From: a virus
Length of the DNA stretch: 64,000 bases
IMG/VR virus record: IMGVR_UViG_3300029985_000036
Span: 22,570-86,569 of that record
Reading direction: 5' to 3' (one strand)
In this document: in pieces, positions 60,556 to 64,000 of the stretch
Numbering within the stretch: position 1 is the first letter of the stretch
Layout: each line of letters starts with the position of its first letter
Notes under the pieces: generated by a model
Told to the model about the DNA's origin: nothing
Databases searched by the model: none
Seen by the model: the letters and a program-made list of their open reading frames with translations, nothing else
Translations under genes and position numbers: made by a program

Positions 60556-60765
60556 TCAATGTTGTTTTATTGCACCACTAAGAACCAATCGTCCGAAACA
60601 ATGATAGACGAAGTCTTCTGAAACTTTCTGTGTTTCAACAAGCTTCAAGATGACAGTTCGGATCGAGTCCTTGTCATTCAATAAGATATAGATACGTGCA
60701 ATCATCTCCTCTTCTGTGATTTTCCGAGAATCGGATGTGGAATTTTTATCATCGAGATTTGACAT
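60556..60765 (-). CDS. Small protein paralogous to C-domain of 61054-61407
   Basis: EEE..A.IY..LND...F.YHC.G.L.LSGAIK shared. Confidence 0.7.
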   Translation of the reverse strand: MSNLDDKNSTSDSRKITEEEMIARIYILLNDKDSIRTVILKLVETQKVSEDFVYHCFGRLVLSGAIKQH

Positions 60766-61053
60766 GATGGTATCCTGATAGATGATGGGATTGAAGTGTT
60801 CGTGTATCGTTTTATTGGGTTATCTCAAACCGATATTAACACCACTGTTTTTGGGTTCGTGCCATAACGCCTGACAGCAAGATAGCTTCGAACCAGAACT
60901 GTGGATATCCATTACAGGTTCGTTGGACATGGTCACAGTTTGCATTCCACTCTGTTTCATTCTTACTGCTCTGCATCAGAGTCACAACTTCTTGTTCAGT
61001 CATTTGTTTTCCTTTGTGTTTGTAGGATACTCTTAATTTTGGATAAACTGCAA

Positions 61054-61407
61054 TTATTTGATAGCTCCGCTTAAAATTAATTTACCATAACAGTGATAGA
61101 AGAACTGAGATGATATGTTGTGAGAAGTGGAAAGTTCAGTAATGATATTTCCAATTGTCATTCCATCGTTTAGCATCAAATAAATGTAGGCAACAATTTC
61201 TTCTTCAGACGGAAGAGGTGAAGTTGGAGGTAGTAAATCTTTTATAGAAGCACCCGCTAAGGTTTCTCCACCAAGATGTGCAACAATCAATTTACGTAGA
61301 AGTTTAGAAATGGATTGATCTGTTGCCTCAAGATAATAATCCAATTGTTGTTTGATATCAGCCGGGATTCGAACACTCATAATAATTGAGGGCATAGACT
61401 TTTTCAT
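61054..61407 (-). CDS. Ribbon-helix-helix (CopG-like) DNA-binding protein with extra C-domain
   Basis: IMSVRIPADIKQQLD......SISKLLRKLI. Confidence 0.75.
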   Translation of the reverse strand: MKKSMPSIIMSVRIPADIKQQLDYYLEATDQSISKLLRKLIVAHLGGETLAGASIKDLLPPTSPLPSEEEIVAYIYLMLNDGMTIGNIITELSTSHNISSQFFYHCYGKLILSGAIK

Positions 61408-61429
61408 GGTAGACTCCCTTCAGTGTATT

Positions 61430-61463
61430 ATCAAAATTGTAATATATATCTAAAATCTAATGA
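61430..61463 (-). promoter_or_regulatory. Phage early promoter
   Basis: Minus strand TCATTAGATTTTAGATATATATTACAATTTTGA. Confidence 0.7.
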
Positions 61464-61511
61464 TTTTTAAATCATATAAAAATCGCATGGCCTCACGCCA
61501 TATAACTGTTA

Positions 61512-61547
61512 TTTCAAAGTAGTAGTATGTATTTGAAATTAGGATGA
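61512..61547 (-). promoter_or_regulatory. Phage early promoter variant
   Basis: Minus strand TCATCCTAATTTCAAATACATACTACTACTTTGAAA. Confidence 0.55.
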
Positions 61548-61565
61548 ACTTAAAAATAAATACAT

Positions 61566-61599
61566 GTAACGATCTTCCCAGTTTAGGGAAGATCGTTAC
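61566..61599 (-). terminator. Hairpin terminator
   Basis: GTAACGATCTTCCC...GGGAAGATCGTTAC. Confidence 0.7.
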
Positions 61600-61611
61600 T
61601 GTCGTGTTATA

Positions 61612-61902
61612 TCAGGTTGTGTGATTATCCATATACGTTGGTGGTAATAGAGTCGGAGTTTCACAAAGTCTATCATTAATAATAGAGAAGAGACGATCAC
61701 TACATGTACCATCTTGATTGTTCAATCTCACCCAAATGGAATCGGAACTTGTCACAGGAAGAAGTGTAATGGATTCTACAAGATTTGTATTGAAAACAAT
61801 CGTAGTGCCATGAATCGCAAAAAACGTTTCAACCTCAATGGTAGAATCATCTTCAAATCGGCTCATACTCGTTGTGAAGGGAAAACTCGGCGAACTCTTC
61901 AT
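61612..61902 (-). CDS. Hypothetical protein
   Basis: 96 aa, AAGGA RBS. Confidence 0.6.
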   Translation of the reverse strand: MKSSPSFPFTTSMSRFEDDSTIEVETFFAIHGTTIVFNTNLVESITLLPVTSSDSIWVRLNNQDGTCSDRLFSIINDRLCETPTLLPPTYMDNHTT

Positions 61903-62129
61903 GTAGCAAAATTCCTTCGTTTAAATGACAAATGACTTTAGGATACAAAGTTTTAGAAAAGGGGTAACAAGAATTACAGTATCCCTTCATAATATCTATA
62001 CTACTTTAAAAATAGACATTACTCAAAAGGTTCTTCATGTTATGGTCATAACCTGTACTAAAATATGACTGTGGCTGCACGAATCATCTTATAGAGTTTG
62101 ACCATACTCTCCAATTAAGGATTGCCAGT

Positions 62130-63539
62130 ATGAGTATTGTCCATGGATTCCTATACGATTCGGCCTTCTTGAATGTGGGTAGTGGAATCGATCCAGTTCG
62201 TAAAAATGGTGGAATGTGCGTGCTGTCTTCTCAGGCATTATCATATTTTGTTAATCCTCAAGAATTCACAGATCCACGCACAGCCCGTGCCACCAACCTC
62301 AATGCTTTGTTTTCAACTAAGTCACGATTGATTGTTGACCAAAGTGAATTCAGTTCTTTTCTAAGTGATACACAAACCATTTGGACAACAACAGAACGAG
62401 ACAATCTGTTTGCTATTATTGATCAATTATGTTTTGCATATAATTCAAGTGCAACTTCTGCTCAAATCGAATTGGCACTGGCAACCTGGCCCCAATATCT
62501 GACATCAAGTTTTGTTTACAGCACAACACATACATTATCGACGGTTTATGATACCACACCAGCAACAGCAATTACGTGTCCTGACTATGTGACATTCTTC
62601 TTTGTAATTGCAAATGGAACCCAATACCAACTGCGAATCTGGTTGAACAATGCATTGTTTTATGCAGACTATCCGTTGTCAACCATTTCTGTTGTTGTAC
62701 CCCCATTGCCATTGTCTGAGCTGTATACACTGAGTATTACATCAGCTACTGACAATGTGTTTAATACTGCACGAATCTCTAGCAGCACGAGTCAACAAAG
62801 TTTGCAGAGTTATATTCAATCTGGACAATATAGTGGATATTATGCACAGAATGTGGTATTTGTAGATGGTTCTGGAAATTCAGCAGCAGTAGAATTTAAT
62901 CTTCTGTATAATGGATGTGTTCCTGGAGCAATTGCAGTACGAACAGCGATTCGTAATTTGATCATTGCTACCATTGCAGGTACCGATACTGTTGCTGGAG
63001 TTGGAACATTGGCAGGATGGAAAGCGTTAATTCCATCTATGTTTGTGACAGAAGTTTTCTATTTGGTACCGATGTGGGATGCTACGACATCACTTATTAA
63101 TGTCATCATCTATCCCAACATTGTTTCAATTGCAAAAGTATTTACGGATATTGAAAAAGCTCTTTATGATTTGCAAGTTGGTTACATTACAGCTAATTTG
63201 GATATCATGACAGCCTACTACAATTCCATGACAGTACTTGCAGTACCAGATACGGCCAATGATCCAACTCGACTCTCTTTGATAGGTGAACATTCAACAT
63301 ATCAAGAAGTCGCTACGACCAATCCAGCATTTGCTTCTATGACCATTTCAACACAGCAGTTTTCATCTCTGTTGGGATCAGCCCTCTCTGCTGCCTTTGG
63401 AAACGCAGTTGTTAATTCGTTGTTGTCCACATATACCCCTCCGAATGATACAAGAAGCTATATCACATTCACAGTAGCTGATGTGATTTACTATGTCATG
63501 ACCAAAGCTTCCTATCTTAGTTTGGTGAACACGCCATGA
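62130..63539 (+). CDS. Probable virion structural protein
   Basis: 469 aa, AAGGA RBS, Ser/Thr-rich; LRIWL....F.ADYP and FYLVPMWD pattern. Confidence 0.65.
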   Translation: MSIVHGFLYDSAFLNVGSGIDPVRKNGGMCVLSSQALSYFVNPQEFTDPRTARATNLNALFSTKSRLIVDQSEFSSFLSDTQTIWTTTERDNLFAIIDQLCFAYNSSATSAQIELALATWPQYLTSSFVYSTTHTLSTVYDTTPATAITCPDYVTFFFVIANGTQYQLRIWLNNALFYADYPLSTISVVVPPLPLSELYTLSITSATDNVFNTARISSSTSQQSLQSYIQSGQYSGYYAQNVVFVDGSGNSAAVEFNLLYNGCVPGAIAVRTAIRNLIIATIAGTDTVAGVGTLAGWKALIPSMFVTEVFYLVPMWDATTSLINVIIYPNIVSIAKVFTDIEKALYDLQVGYITANLDIMTAYYNSMTVLAVPDTANDPTRLSLIGEHSTYQEVATTNPAFASMTISTQQFSSLLGSALSAAFGNAVVNSLLSTYTPPNDTRSYITFTVADVIYYVMTKASYLSLVNTP

Positions 63540-64000
63540 TTCCATTACCAGCAATACAGTCTACCTGTTCTTATACATTCACCACAGGATTTACCTCCCT
63601 GAATGGTATTTATACTGTTGATGAATTGCTTTCATTTAAGGAGGCCATCACAACAGGTATTGATTTTGTTATCAATCTTTACACTCCAGCAGGACTTCCT
63701 TCTAGTCAGTATACCACAGATGCCAGTTCTTATCAAACTGATATTGTGTTATATCTGGTTCCTGCAAATGGTGGTACCCCAATCTATGCACCGGCTTCTA
63801 TATTGGCAACAGTACCGGATCCTATGATTGGGTGTTACAATAATTTAGCTATTGGTGTATCTCTGGGATTATTTGCTGATCAGACAACTCTTGCCTGGAT
63901 TATCTCAGAACTCAATTCTATTATTGGGGGAGTGGTTGGTGTATCCAGTCCTGTTAAACTTTATAGTCTTGGTACAACATATATGTCGGTTGCAGATTAT
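63536..64000 (+). CDS. Hypothetical (probable virion) protein, runs off window
   Basis: ATGA overlap with previous stop; open frame MIPLPAIQSTCSYTF... to window end. Confidence 0.65.
   Translation, partial: MIPLPAIQSTCSYTFTTGFTSLNGIYTVDELLSFKEAITTGIDFVINLYTPAGLPSSQYTTDASSYQTDIVLYLVPANGGTPIYAPASILATVPDPMIGCYNNLAIGVSLGLFADQTTLAWIISELNSIIGGVVGVSSPVKLYSLGTTYMSVADY

Noticed and set aside
1-64000. Stop-codon reassignment
   Set aside because: Large genes are intact under the standard code with dense packing.

Overview
This window is from a phiKZ-like (Chimalliviridae-type) jumbo phage genome. It holds virion RNA polymerase subunits: a beta-like gene, a catalytic beta'-like gene split by a group I intron carrying an HNH homing endonuclease, and a beta' C-terminal gene. 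It also holds a divergent family-B DNA polymerase subunit, a GyrB-like topoisomerase, a GroEL-like chaperonin, and head, baseplate, tape-measure and tail-fibre genes. Blocks of small minus-strand early genes sit behind a strongly conserved TATATTAC-type promoter and palindromic terminators. The standout is a ~1.9 kb protein-free minus-strand transcription unit (46570 to 44653) with its own promoter and terminator. It contains three copies of an unrecognised pseudoknotted RNA motif, two canonical hammerhead ribozymes and three separate highly structured RNA domains, so it looks like a ribozyme-processed ncRNA operon. Other notable items: a stand-alone degenerate tRNA-like RNA, a probable -1 programmed frameshift in a tail-assembly-chaperone-like gene, a ParB/Srx-like domain inserted in the RNAP beta subunit, and a frameshifted HTH plus RNAP-alpha-CTD-like gene. 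All assignments come from manual motif reading; no database searches were run, and phiKZ gene equivalences are from recalled size, motif and synteny.
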